This document shows, piece by piece, positions 1-8,644 of a stretch of DNA of 64,000 nucleotides. The stretch comes from Oceanispirochaeta sp. (GTDB lineage Bacteria > Spirochaetota > Spirochaetia > DSM-2461), in the NCBI GenBank assembly GCA_963666275.2, contig CAXXOA010000003.1:317806-381805 (forward strand), given 5' to 3'. Position 1 is the stretch's first letter. Each line of letters starts with the position of its first letter. The translations under genes were made by a program, and so were the position numbers. Under the pieces are notes generated by a model that saw only the letters and a program-made list of their open reading frames with translations, did no database searches and had not been told where the DNA came from.

Positions 1-18
1 TCCCGGGGGCTTTCGGCA

Positions 19-2016
19 CTACAGTGTGTCGTCATCTCCCAGGGCGGTTGTCTGGAGGGGGCTTTTAAAATAGAAAAAGATGACACCGATAATAAGGCAG
101 TTCACAATAGAGGCGGTAGCAAAAAGATGCCACTGGGGCCGACCCGAGGAAAGATTCCCCACCAGGGAGAAGAGCTTGATGCTGATTGTGAATTTCTCCT
201 CCTGATTCAGAAAGAGCAGGGGAGCCATGAAACCGTTCCAGGCGGAAAGGAAGGCCAGAATCCCGTTTGTGGTCAGGATGGGTAAACTCAGGGGGAGTAT
301 GATTTTTACCATATATTTCAGAGGGGAAATCCCTTCCAGTTCGGCCGCCTCCCTGTAGGCGGGAGGGATTTTCTCAAGATAGGCGATAGAGGTTATCAGC
401 CCTGTGGTCAATGAGTGGTTCAGATAGATCAGGATCAGGGGGAGATAGCTGTCCAGAAGGTGGAGCCTCCGGAAAAGGGCGTACAGGGGGATCATGGAGT
501 GCATTCCCCCGTAAAGCCCTATGATCTGGAGCCCTGTGATGACCGCAAAGACTGTTTTCACTCCCCGCTCTCTGAGAACCAGCGCCGAGGGAAGGACTAT
601 AAACGGAGTCAGTATCCCCGCAGCGGCGGCAATGGCCAGGGTGTTGAGAAAATAGTGCAGTATATTCTCCTCCACCAGGATCTTTCTGTAGTTGGAAAGG
701 GTGGCAAAGGGGGGAATCAGCGAATCAATGGAACAGGCACCGATGCCGGAAAGGCTGAGCCAGATCACCAGGAAGAATATGAGCAGTGAGGCAGCCATAA
801 AGGTATACTTTAAAAGAGCGGTCCCCGCAAGGTGAAGGGTATTCCTGATTTCCGGAAACAGGAGCCGGGAATCTGTCTTTTCCTCCTGCTGCGTGACCAG
901 AAGGGGAATCAGGGCCACCAGGATTTCCGGGTGGAACCCTTCGAAAAATCCGGCTTTGAATATCCAGCGGAGATTGATAAGGCAGTGTACCAGAAAGACT
1001 GTCATATAGGACTTCCTGCTGCGGAACCAGGCCGCCAGGTAGATCCCTCCCCAGATAATGCCCCATATTCCTCCCATAAGAACCTGGGAGACTACAAGGA
1101 CTATGAGGGGGATCCTGTGTGATCTCTTCTCCCTCCTCGCCGCCAGCCATAGGCCCATGAGGACGATCACAAGCCCGGCCAGACAGACTGCATAGGCCGA
1201 TGTTATCCCCAGATCTTCTGTGGTTTTGAACACCTCATAGAGGAATATGTCCAGTGTGGTTGTAGCCCCGATGATATGGCGGTTTGTCATGCCTGATACC
1301 AGGGGAGGGCCTCCGGTGGTCATAAGGAAGAGCAGGTTGAACTCTTTGAAAAACTTGAGAAAGTTGATAATTGTCATGGCCCCGATGGAACCCCGGATTT
1401 GGGGAAGCAGGATTTCTTTGAAAATAATATAGGAGTTGGCCCCGTCGATCCTGGCCGCTTCCGAATAGGACAGGGGGATCTTCCGGAAGCTTCCCCAGAA
1501 GAGAAATGTCATGAAAGGAACTGTCATCCAGAGACTCACCCACAGGGCTGCCAGAAAGGCGGCGACCGGATCGTTCATCAGATCTACAGGGATCCTGAAA
1601 AGAGTACGGAACAGGGAGTCTCCTCCGTCTCCATGAAAAAACGAACGCCAGAGCGGAACCGCTATATAGATGGGAGTTCCCCAGGGTACCAGGAGGGAGA
1701 GATAGAGCAGGGTGATCTTTTTCTTCTTTCTGCTCAGGTACCAGGCCAGTTTCAGAGATATCCCCAGAGAGAGCACCGTGTTGGCAAAGGCCCATAAGAG
1801 GCTTATTTTGAAACTGTATAAAAAACCTTTATCTGAAAGAATATAGAGATAATTGTCCAGGCCCGCTGCTGTCCGCCGGCCGTATATGTCATGGAAAAAG
1901 GAAGTGAAAACAGCTTCGCCGAAAGGGGCTATACCCACAAGCAGAACAATCCCGGCCATAGGCAGGAGCAGGAGGCTGTCTGCGGGAAATCCCTTTCTTT
2001 TCAAAGCTGTTTTCAA
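19..2016 (-). CDS. Fused carbohydrate-type (CUT1) ABC permease with MalF-like and MalG-like halves in one polypeptide
   Basis: 665 aa hydrophobic ORF with two EAA loops (YSEAARIDGA, YREAAELEGI). The N-half has GLDNY and LMTTGGP; the C-half has TLSNY and FLSAWNGF. TTG start. Confidence 0.88.
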   Translation of the reverse strand: MKTALKRKGFPADSLLLLPMAGIVLLVGIAPFGEAVFTSFFHDIYGRRTAAGLDNYLYILSDKGFLYSFKISLLWAFANTVLSLGISLKLAWYLSRKKKKITLLYLSLLVPWGTPIYIAVPLWRSFFHGDGGDSLFRTLFRIPVDLMNDPVAAFLAALWVSLWMTVPFMTFLFWGSFRKIPLSYSEAARIDGANSYIIFKEILLPQIRGSIGAMTIINFLKFFKEFNLLFLMTTGGPPLVSGMTNRHIIGATTTLDIFLYEVFKTTEDLGITSAYAVCLAGLVIVLMGLWLAARREKRSHRIPLIVLVVSQVLMGGIWGIIWGGIYLAAWFRSRKSYMTVFLVHCLINLRWIFKAGFFEGFHPEILVALIPLLVTQQEEKTDSRLLFPEIRNTLHLAGTALLKYTFMAASLLIFFLVIWLSLSGIGACSIDSLIPPFATLSNYRKILVEENILHYFLNTLAIAAAAGILTPFIVLPSALVLRERGVKTVFAVITGLQIIGLYGGMHSMIPLYALFRRLHLLDSYLPLILIYLNHSLTTGLITSIAYLEKIPPAYREAAELEGISPLKYMVKIILPLSLPILTTNGILAFLSAWNGFMAPLLFLNQEEKFTISIKLFSLVGNLSSGRPQWHLFATASIVNCLIIGVIFFYFKSPLQTTALGDDDTL

Positions 2017-2030
2017 TTTACCTGAATTCT

Positions 2031-3404
2031 CTATTCTACAATCAGTTTACTGATATTCCTTACGGCTTTGATTCCATCGGGAACCAGAGCGGCATTCTGA
2101 TCCCAGACAAGCACCAGGGGCCTTTCCCGGTCCGAGAGTTCCGAACCGTCTCCGTAGTACATGGCCAGGATGACATCCTGATTTCCGATCACTTCTGAGG
2201 CATCAAGGGTAATGGAAAAACCGTCTTCCGCCTCCAGAGTCACCTGATTCACACCGTCATAGCGGCTGAACATCTCAAACAGAGGCAGGCCCATATACTC
2301 AACGGAGGATTCGCTTTTTCTGTCGTAGTAGGAAACTACAGATTTATGGGTGGACACTCCGCTCTGCAGGGTCTGGCGATCAAAAACTTCCTTCCCTCCG
2401 GGACCGTCCATGGTTATGGCAAAATCAGTGAAGGATTCCTGACTGATCATGATCTTCTTCACCATTCTGGCTGAAACATGACCTGTAATTTCAGGATTTT
2501 CGGGCCCTACTTTTACAAGACGGATATAACCGGGATCTTCGGGCATATACTCACCGTTCTCTTTGAATGCCAGGATCCAGGTGCCGTTCTCCTGATCCAG
2601 CAGCTGGCTGCCGCTGTAGTCCATCTCATAGCCGTCCATCGCCTGGATTGTGATTGTCATATCCTCTGTCAGGGTGGTGTAGTCGTTTATGAGATCCACC
2701 AGCTTGACCCCGCCCCAGGTGTACTGGAAGTTATTTCCGTAGGAGTTGGTGTAGTTCCCCCTGTCTTCCAGATAGTAGGGGTGATTCTCCATCTCGGAGA
2801 TGGTAAAGGAGGCATTTTCGGAACCGATTGACAGGAGCAGCTCGAAATCGTTGGTTTCCAGAGACACAGGCTGGAGTCCCAGGCTGATGGAGGCAAGATC
2901 TCTGACCCAGTACTGGCCTGAAATATCGCCGATCAGGGTCGGGGCCATGGGGCTGCCGTCCTGACTGATCCCCAGGTAGAGATCCCCGGGATTGAAATCC
3001 GAAGTCATCAGAGTCTGGGCATAGCCGTCCCCGGCGGTCAGGGTCAGTTCATACCCTGCAGTCCATTTTTCCGTCCGGAAGGATGCGGGCATGGAACCGT
3101 CCGCATCATCTACCATGGCGATGATCTCTTTCAGGGGAAACCCCTGGTAACTGTGGAGTTCCCCTTTTTTCTCGTATTCCAGCGGCACGAGAAGCTCCGG
3201 GTTCTGCTGGATCCAGCTGTTCAGGTTGGATTCCCATACTTCATCGTTTCGCACTCCCGACAGCTCTATCTTCCAGCCTTCCCCTTTGGGGGTTGCCTGG
3301 GAGACGGCATCGGGAGTCGTACCTTCATGATCTGTTGAGGCACAACCGGTCAGAACCAGGAACCCCATGAGTGCCAGGAGTCCTGCTGCAAACATTTTCT
3401 TCAT
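2031..3404 (-). CDS. Lipoprotein with three tandem molybdopterin-oxidoreductase-like (Oxidored_molyb/sulfite-oxidase-fold-like) repeats
   Basis: Lipobox LTGC. Three repeats: YQGFPL..AGDGY..VRDLASI, WGGVKL..AMDGY..ARMVKKI and YMGLPL..AEDGF..VRNISKL. RBS AGGAGA. Confidence 0.75.
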   Translation of the reverse strand: MKKMFAAGLLALMGFLVLTGCASTDHEGTTPDAVSQATPKGEGWKIELSGVRNDEVWESNLNSWIQQNPELLVPLEYEKKGELHSYQGFPLKEIIAMVDDADGSMPASFRTEKWTAGYELTLTAGDGYAQTLMTSDFNPGDLYLGISQDGSPMAPTLIGDISGQYWVRDLASISLGLQPVSLETNDFELLLSIGSENASFTISEMENHPYYLEDRGNYTNSYGNNFQYTWGGVKLVDLINDYTTLTEDMTITIQAMDGYEMDYSGSQLLDQENGTWILAFKENGEYMPEDPGYIRLVKVGPENPEITGHVSARMVKKIMISQESFTDFAITMDGPGGKEVFDRQTLQSGVSTHKSVVSYYDRKSESSVEYMGLPLFEMFSRYDGVNQVTLEAEDGFSITLDASEVIGNQDVILAMYYGDGSELSDRERPLVLVWDQNAALVPDGIKAVRNISKLIVE

Positions 3405-3427
3405 TTTTTTCTCCTATCTGTTCAGCC

Positions 3428-4921
3428 TCAGGGGCTGTTTTTCAGCTCTTCATCCAGAAGGCTCTGCCCTCTGTCCAGAATCTGTTCGGTCGTCAATTGT
3501 CCTGAAAGGGCGAAACGAAGCAGTTTCCACATGATATTTTTATACACGGTAAAAGATTTCTGCGAGGGGATCACGGTTCCATCCGCAGCGCTGTCCAGCA
3601 TTATCCTGTAGTAGGGGTTTCTGTCCCCGACCAGATTCGCCGCTTCTGTGTTGGAAGGAAGCTTGGTCAGGGCAATGGGAAAGTCCTGCTGGTATCCGAT
3701 TCCTGTCAGATGCCCTATGAGAGCCCGGGCAAGGAGGGGATTCCGGGATTTTCCCGTTATGGCGAATGCTTTAAAGTCCAGCAGGGGAGAGACTTGTTTT
3801 CCGGTTGTTTCATTCCGGGGAAAACCGGCAATACCGAAGGGAATCCCCAGCTCCTGGAAAAGAGGGATTGTATAGGAGGCGGATAGGATGACTGCCGCTT
3901 TTCCCGTGGCAAAATAGGAGGTCATGGCGTCCCTTTCCAGGGGCTTGAAGTAATCAGTATCCGTAAGGGCTGTCAGGTATTCCAGAGCCTGTCGGGTGGG
4001 CCTGTCATTGACAGTGATTGTACCATCCCTGTTGAGAATCTCCTCTTTGCCGAAGGCTGCCTGAAAGGGGATCAGCCAGTTGATGGAGTAGGCATTCCAT
4101 GTCAGGGGCACTTCTACCTTTCCTGTCAGAGAGGACGCCAGGCTCTCCAGCCGGTTCAGAGTCAGATCAGGGTACCGGGAAAGATCAATATAGTCGGGGT
4201 TATAGAAAATGAGCTGCGTATCGTAGTAGAAAGGGGCGGCCCACTGTTTCCGTCCTGACTGAAATGTCCTGTTTCCCCGGGAGTCCAGAGGGGAGGCTAT
4301 CCAATCGGGAATGGTCTGCAGGGCTTCTGTCCGGATTAGTCTGTTCATGTCTCCCGCAGAAACCATAATCAGATCCGGTACATCCCCGCCGCCACGCAGG
4401 ATGGACAGGTATTTGGATGCGGGATCCGGAAGGGTGGTTACATGGATCTCCAGACCGAAACGGGCGGCGTAGGACTCTATCTCCTCTTTCAGCTCCTTTG
4501 TTCCTTCCCAGCTGATCCAGACTTCAAGCTTCGTATTCAGGAGCTTTTCACCTGCAATATCGATGGCTCTGATATCCCTGAATACCTGTCCGTTCTGCCA
4601 GTGAAGATCCCATGTGCCCGGTGAGCCTTCTATCAGGCAGGTCCTGTTTATACTATCGGGAAAGGACGCAATCCGGAGGGATTCCTGAGAACCGCCGCTC
4701 TTGATATTCAGTTCCCAGGCGTCGTAGAGAGGGGGGAACAGATCGCTGAGAACCATACCCCGGGGAGAGTTCTCTCCCGGAAGGGCATAGGCTCTCCGGG
4801 TAAGCTCCCCGTGAGGATAGCTGTTCCGGAGTTCTCCGTTCAGAGTTATGTCTAAGGCGCTCACCGACAGAAGGGGCACGAAAAAAAACACTGTCATGCA
4901 GTGCTTCAGAGTTCTTTTCAT
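3428..4921 (-). CDS. Extracellular solute-binding protein (family 1, MalE-like) with an extra N-terminal domain
   Basis: Signal peptide followed by SBP_bac_1-type motifs (GGDVPDLI, APFYYDTQLIFYNPD, FATGKAAVI). Start moved to ATG 4921, which follows GGAAAGGAAG. Confidence 0.82.
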   Translation of the reverse strand: MKRTLKHCMTVFFFVPLLSVSALDITLNGELRNSYPHGELTRRAYALPGENSPRGMVLSDLFPPLYDAWELNIKSGGSQESLRIASFPDSINRTCLIEGSPGTWDLHWQNGQVFRDIRAIDIAGEKLLNTKLEVWISWEGTKELKEEIESYAARFGLEIHVTTLPDPASKYLSILRGGGDVPDLIMVSAGDMNRLIRTEALQTIPDWIASPLDSRGNRTFQSGRKQWAAPFYYDTQLIFYNPDYIDLSRYPDLTLNRLESLASSLTGKVEVPLTWNAYSINWLIPFQAAFGKEEILNRDGTITVNDRPTRQALEYLTALTDTDYFKPLERDAMTSYFATGKAAVILSASYTIPLFQELGIPFGIAGFPRNETTGKQVSPLLDFKAFAITGKSRNPLLARALIGHLTGIGYQQDFPIALTKLPSNTEAANLVGDRNPYYRIMLDSAADGTVIPSQKSFTVYKNIMWKLLRFALSGQLTTEQILDRGQSLLDEELKNSP

Positions 4922-4926
4922 AGGGT

Positions 4927-5025
4927 CTTCCTTTCCAAACACGGGAGGTAGGACTGTTTCCGGTCCTACCCGGCGGCTCAGTTTTCATGACAGACATCTG
5001 TTTTAGAAATATGAGCTCGGAAGTC
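4927..5025 (-). ncRNA. Moco RNA motif / molybdenum- or tungsten-cofactor riboswitch candidate (RF01055-like), P3-less form
   Basis: The minus strand reads GACUUCCGAG-CUCAUAUUUCUAAAACAGAUGUCUGUCAUGAAAACUGAG-CCGCCG-GGUAGGACCGGAAACAGUCCUACC-UCCCGUGUUUGGAAAGGAAG. P1 is CUUCC/GGAAG, P2 has a CUAA..AUG receptor-like loop, and P4 has a GAAA tetraloop. The 3' CUCCCGUnUUUGGAAAGG matches the E. coli moaA leader. Confidence 0.88.
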
Positions 5026-5045
5026 GATTCTTTTATATCGATTGA

Positions 5046-5074
5046 ATTGTAACAGGGATTTACTTTTATGGCAA
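5046..5074 (-). promoter_or_regulatory. Sigma-70 promoter for the riboswitch operon
   Basis: Minus strand TTGCCA-17 nt-TACAAT with an extended TG, about 20 nt upstream of the riboswitch. Confidence 0.75.
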
Positions 5075-5232
5075 TTTTTCCGTTTATTTTTTTACAGGTT
5101 TTCCTTTTTCAGAGGCAGCCGTAAAAGAGCGCACATTTTCGAAACCCCCTTTTTATGCGTTTTAAAGGCTGAAAATCCTATTTTTCGGGGGAGGTTCTTC
5201 TGCAAGGAGCAGCATTGGATTAAAATATAATC

Positions 5233-5868
5233 ATGCAGGGAATTGTCAATTATCCGATGTTTCTTCTGGCGGGTATCCTTCTCAATATCACCCCCGGAGC
5301 CGATACCATTTACATACTCAGCCGCAGCGTCGCCGGAGGCCGGAGTGCGGGGATCCTGTCCACTTTCGGCGTTTCTACAGGAATCCTGGTCCATACCACA
5401 CTGGCAGCCCTGGGACTGTCGGTGGTACTCAGAGAATCCCTTTTTCTCTTCTCTCTTGTGAAATATACAGGAGCGGCCTATCTTGTCTTTCTGGGAGCCC
5501 GCAGCCTTCTGCAGAAAAAGGGGGAAATGTTTGGCCTGGACAGACCCGGCAGACAGGAGGCATCCCGGTGGAAGCTCTATTTTTCCGGTGTTCTCACCAA
5601 TGTGCTGAACCCTAAGGTGGCCCTGTTCTTTCTGGCTTTTCTCCCGCAGTTTATCAATCCTGCCCTTCCCCGGCCGGGCTCGTCCTTCTTCCTTCTGGGA
5701 TTGACGTTCACCTTTACAGGGACTCTGTGGTGTCTGTTCATAGCTGTTGTGGCATCCAGAGTCTCCCGGCTCCTCAGGGAGTCTCCCTCCTTTTCCATCC
5801 TTCTGGAAAAAATGGCCGGAGCTGTCTTCCTGGCTCTGGGGGTCCGGGTCGCCCTGAGTAAAAGCTGA
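5233..5868 (+). CDS. LysE/RhtB family amino-acid exporter
   Basis: 211 aa hydrophobic protein with TPGADT and TNVLNPKVALFFLAFLPQF motifs. Confidence 0.92.
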   Translation: MQGIVNYPMFLLAGILLNITPGADTIYILSRSVAGGRSAGILSTFGVSTGILVHTTLAALGLSVVLRESLFLFSLVKYTGAAYLVFLGARSLLQKKGEMFGLDRPGRQEASRWKLYFSGVLTNVLNPKVALFFLAFLPQFINPALPRPGSSFFLLGLTFTFTGTLWCLFIAVVASRVSRLLRESPSFSILLEKMAGAVFLALGVRVALSKS

Positions 5869-5947
5869 TCCAGCACAGAGGCTCTTTTAATCAATCACAA
5901 AGGTATTGACCTGGTCTCCTGTGCCGCTTCTCCTTCAGGTTTACCCT

Positions 5948-7465
5948 TTAGGGGAGAAAAAACGGGGCATGATTGGCTGTGAAAACAGGAGGGGTTCGTT
6001 TCAGTATGGTCCCCAGTTCGGGGATCTTGCGGAAATCTCTGTCCAGAAAATCCCTGACCTGCCTTCTGTTCCACCCCTCGGGATGGGCGAATTCGCTGTA
6101 AAGGGAGAGGTCTCCGTCATAAAAACGGTTTACCGCCAGGTCCTTTGCTTCTTCACTTCCTATGGGCATATTGAAAATAGAGACATTCAGAAAATCAATA
6201 TTCGCCGCGTTCTCCAGAACATAGTCCCTTGTGCGGAAGGCTTTTTCCCGGTTTTCCGATGGGGTTCCGAACATGATATACACATAGGTCCCGATCCCCG
6301 CCTCTTTCAGATTGGCCAGTATGGTCTGCACTTGATCCGTGCGGATGCCCTTTTTCAGGCTGTCTAGTACGGTCTGATCTCCCGATTCCAGTCCCAGGCA
6401 GAGCATGACGCATCCCGATGCCGCCAGCTTGCGGCAGTAGGCTGCCCCTGTCATTTCGGGAAGGAAACGGCTGAACCCGTACCAGGGGGCTCCCGGGGGA
6501 TGATTGAGGATCTTCTGCATAAACTGCCGGCTGATTTCACTGTCGCAGAGATGGATCAGCCGGGGTTCGTGCCTCTCCGTCAGGGTTCTGAGCTGTTCCA
6601 GCGACTCCTCCGGCGGGTCTTCGCAGTAGGGGTTGTCCTCCCACAGTTCGGAGCAGAAGGTACAGCGCTTCCAGGAACATCCCAGTGATGCGGTAAAGGG
6701 CAGAATTTTTCCGGGAGTGAGATAGTCCCTGCCCGGCTCTCTTTTGTAGATCTCGTCAAAAAAGGGCGTTCCCGGGCCTTTGTACTCCCTGCCTGTAAAC
6801 TTGACTATCTCCTCTTCGCCCGGTCCGTTCTGGACCCTGTGGGCCAGCTGGTAGAGGAACACTGTATCTGAGGGGCCTTTGATCCAGGAGTTGATCAGTC
6901 CCCCGCCGAGCTGTACTTTCACTCCCGGAAAGTTTTTGCGGATAAAACCGCACATGGCCATTCCTGTGAGAGCCTGACTCAGATAGCCCAGGGAAATCCC
7001 CACGAATTTCTCGCCGCTTTTCTGAAGCAGTCCTGTCAGACGGCGGGAAAACCAGGGATAGAAAAGGTTCTCCTCCGGGTGTTCCCAGCTGTGGATCAGA
7101 TCCTTTGAATTCAGCGGTGAAAGCTGAGGATCCTGATAGTTGGCAGGCGAGACAATCACATTCCGGGAGGCTGCAGGAAGGGCAGAGGCTGCCATGTAGC
7201 GGATATGGGATACCTTTTTTTTGTACTCTTCGAAAGTGAGGGGATCTCCTGTGAACTGCAGAAAGTGATCTTTCCTTTTCCGGATCATCAGGGATTTGGG
7301 ATCCTCCGGATTGGCAGGGGGCTGGTCACAGAGCCAGTGAAATCCTTCGAGAGCCCCGTCCAGAAGGGTCACCGGTTCCCCTGCCGTGATGAGGGCTCCC
7401 GCCAGACGGGAGAGGGCTACGGGTGGTTCGCAGTTCCGGACCTGAGGAGGATGGATCAGGAGCAT
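5948..7465 (-). CDS. Radical SAM protein with a probable N-terminal cobalamin-binding-like domain
   Basis: CxxxCxxC motif (CSWKRCTFC) and GLESG. N-terminal LIHPP..PPVAL..LAG, VGISL and LGGG are typical of class B radical SAM proteins. Confidence 0.85.
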   Translation of the reverse strand: MLLIHPPQVRNCEPPVALSRLAGALITAGEPVTLLDGALEGFHWLCDQPPANPEDPKSLMIRKRKDHFLQFTGDPLTFEEYKKKVSHIRYMAASALPAASRNVIVSPANYQDPQLSPLNSKDLIHSWEHPEENLFYPWFSRRLTGLLQKSGEKFVGISLGYLSQALTGMAMCGFIRKNFPGVKVQLGGGLINSWIKGPSDTVFLYQLAHRVQNGPGEEEIVKFTGREYKGPGTPFFDEIYKREPGRDYLTPGKILPFTASLGCSWKRCTFCSELWEDNPYCEDPPEESLEQLRTLTERHEPRLIHLCDSEISRQFMQKILNHPPGAPWYGFSRFLPEMTGAAYCRKLAASGCVMLCLGLESGDQTVLDSLKKGIRTDQVQTILANLKEAGIGTYVYIMFGTPSENREKAFRTRDYVLENAANIDFLNVSIFNMPIGSEEAKDLAVNRFYDGDLSLYSEFAHPEGWNRRQVRDFLDRDFRKIPELGTILKRTPPVFTANHAPFFLP

Positions 7466-7466
7466 C

Positions 7467-8477
7467 TCAGAGGCTCTCTTTTCTGTAGGTCATGGTCATT
7501 TTTTCAAGGTCCCGGCAGATTTCATCTCTCAGATCACGGGGTTCCAGGAGTTCCGCCTGGTCTCCGAAGGACAGGATCCAGCTTTTAATATCCCGTCGTC
7601 CGGATGTGGTCATTTTCAGGATCACCGATCCGTCGCTTCCCAGGGATATTTTCTGATTGGGTGTCCACTGCCTTTCCCGGATATACCGGGACTGGGCGGG
7701 GGCAAAACGGACTGTCACATTCAGAGGTTCATCCCAGTTGATTCCCCAGGCTCCGCCGAGAAGCTGCTGAGGATCAATATCCACCGGTTCTTCAAAGCTT
7801 TGTTCCAGAACCTCCAGGCTCGTGAATCTCTCTACCGCTGTGGTCCGGATGGTTTTCTCAGGCAGGGTCTGGATAAAGCAGTAGAGCCCGTCGTTCCACT
7901 CATAAAATCGCAGGGGGTTGAACAGGATCTCCTTTTTTGTGTTGTTCCGGAATGAGAAATATTCCGCCCTGCAGGTCCGGCGCTCAATGGCTGCGGAGAT
8001 CAGCTCCTCCAGGAGCCTCTCCTTGCCCTCCAGGTTTTTGAATTTCCGGGGAACCGAAAGGAATACACGGGAGAAGCGGTCGATCAGTGTCTCCTCTTCT
8101 GTTTCGAGATGAAACTTTTCCAGTCTTGTCTTCAGGGTCTGTATGGTCTGTTTCAGCTCGGTTTCGTAAAGAGCAGTGCTTCGGGAGAGGATCAGGTAAA
8201 GCACAAGGACTTCTCTTTTGTTCAGTTCCAGACGGGGAACCCTGCCCTTGGGGGCTCCCTGGAAATAGTCCTCCATGATGCACCAGCGTTTCTGTTTTTC
8301 CGGATTCTCCAGCTGCATAAGGGGAAAGCCCAGCTCTTCGAAAGATTCGAAAAGCCGGTATACCGAGCGTCGGCTGATACCCAGTTTTTCCTGCAGGGTG
8401 GCTATTGTTACCCCTGAAGGATGGGAGAGAAGTTCAAAACCGTTGAGAAACTGTACAAGATTCCTGGCTGCAGGCAT
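7467..8477 (-). CDS. WYL-domain transcriptional regulator (HTH-WYL-WCX; PafB/YafY-like)
   Basis: HTH (LGISRRSVYR), WYL core (NPLRF..GLYC..RTTAVERF) and WCX (WILSFGDQAELLEPRDLR). The start could be 8477 or 8489. Confidence 0.9.
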   Translation of the reverse strand: MPAARNLVQFLNGFELLSHPSGVTIATLQEKLGISRRSVYRLFESFEELGFPLMQLENPEKQKRWCIMEDYFQGAPKGRVPRLELNKREVLVLYLILSRSTALYETELKQTIQTLKTRLEKFHLETEEETLIDRFSRVFLSVPRKFKNLEGKERLLEELISAAIERRTCRAEYFSFRNNTKKEILFNPLRFYEWNDGLYCFIQTLPEKTIRTTAVERFTSLEVLEQSFEEPVDIDPQQLLGGAWGINWDEPLNVTVRFAPAQSRYIRERQWTPNQKISLGSDGSVILKMTTSGRRDIKSWILSFGDQAELLEPRDLRDEICRDLEKMTMTYRKESL

Positions 8478-8644
8478 GATTATCCACATTAATCCGAAAC
8501 ACTTTATTGGTAAAGCGTAAAGCTGAATTTTATGTCTTTTCCGTGACTGAGGGGGACTCCGGTTTTCTGCAGAAAATCATTGCTTCCCGGGACTATATTC
8601 AATATTTTATATAAATAGAAACTAAAACATCAGGGAGAGTATCT

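Noticed and set aside
5023..5043. ModE-like half site (ATCGATATA on the minus strand) at the riboswitch transcription start
   Set aside because: Only one half matches, the spacing is unlike the ModE palindrome, and no modE gene is in the window.
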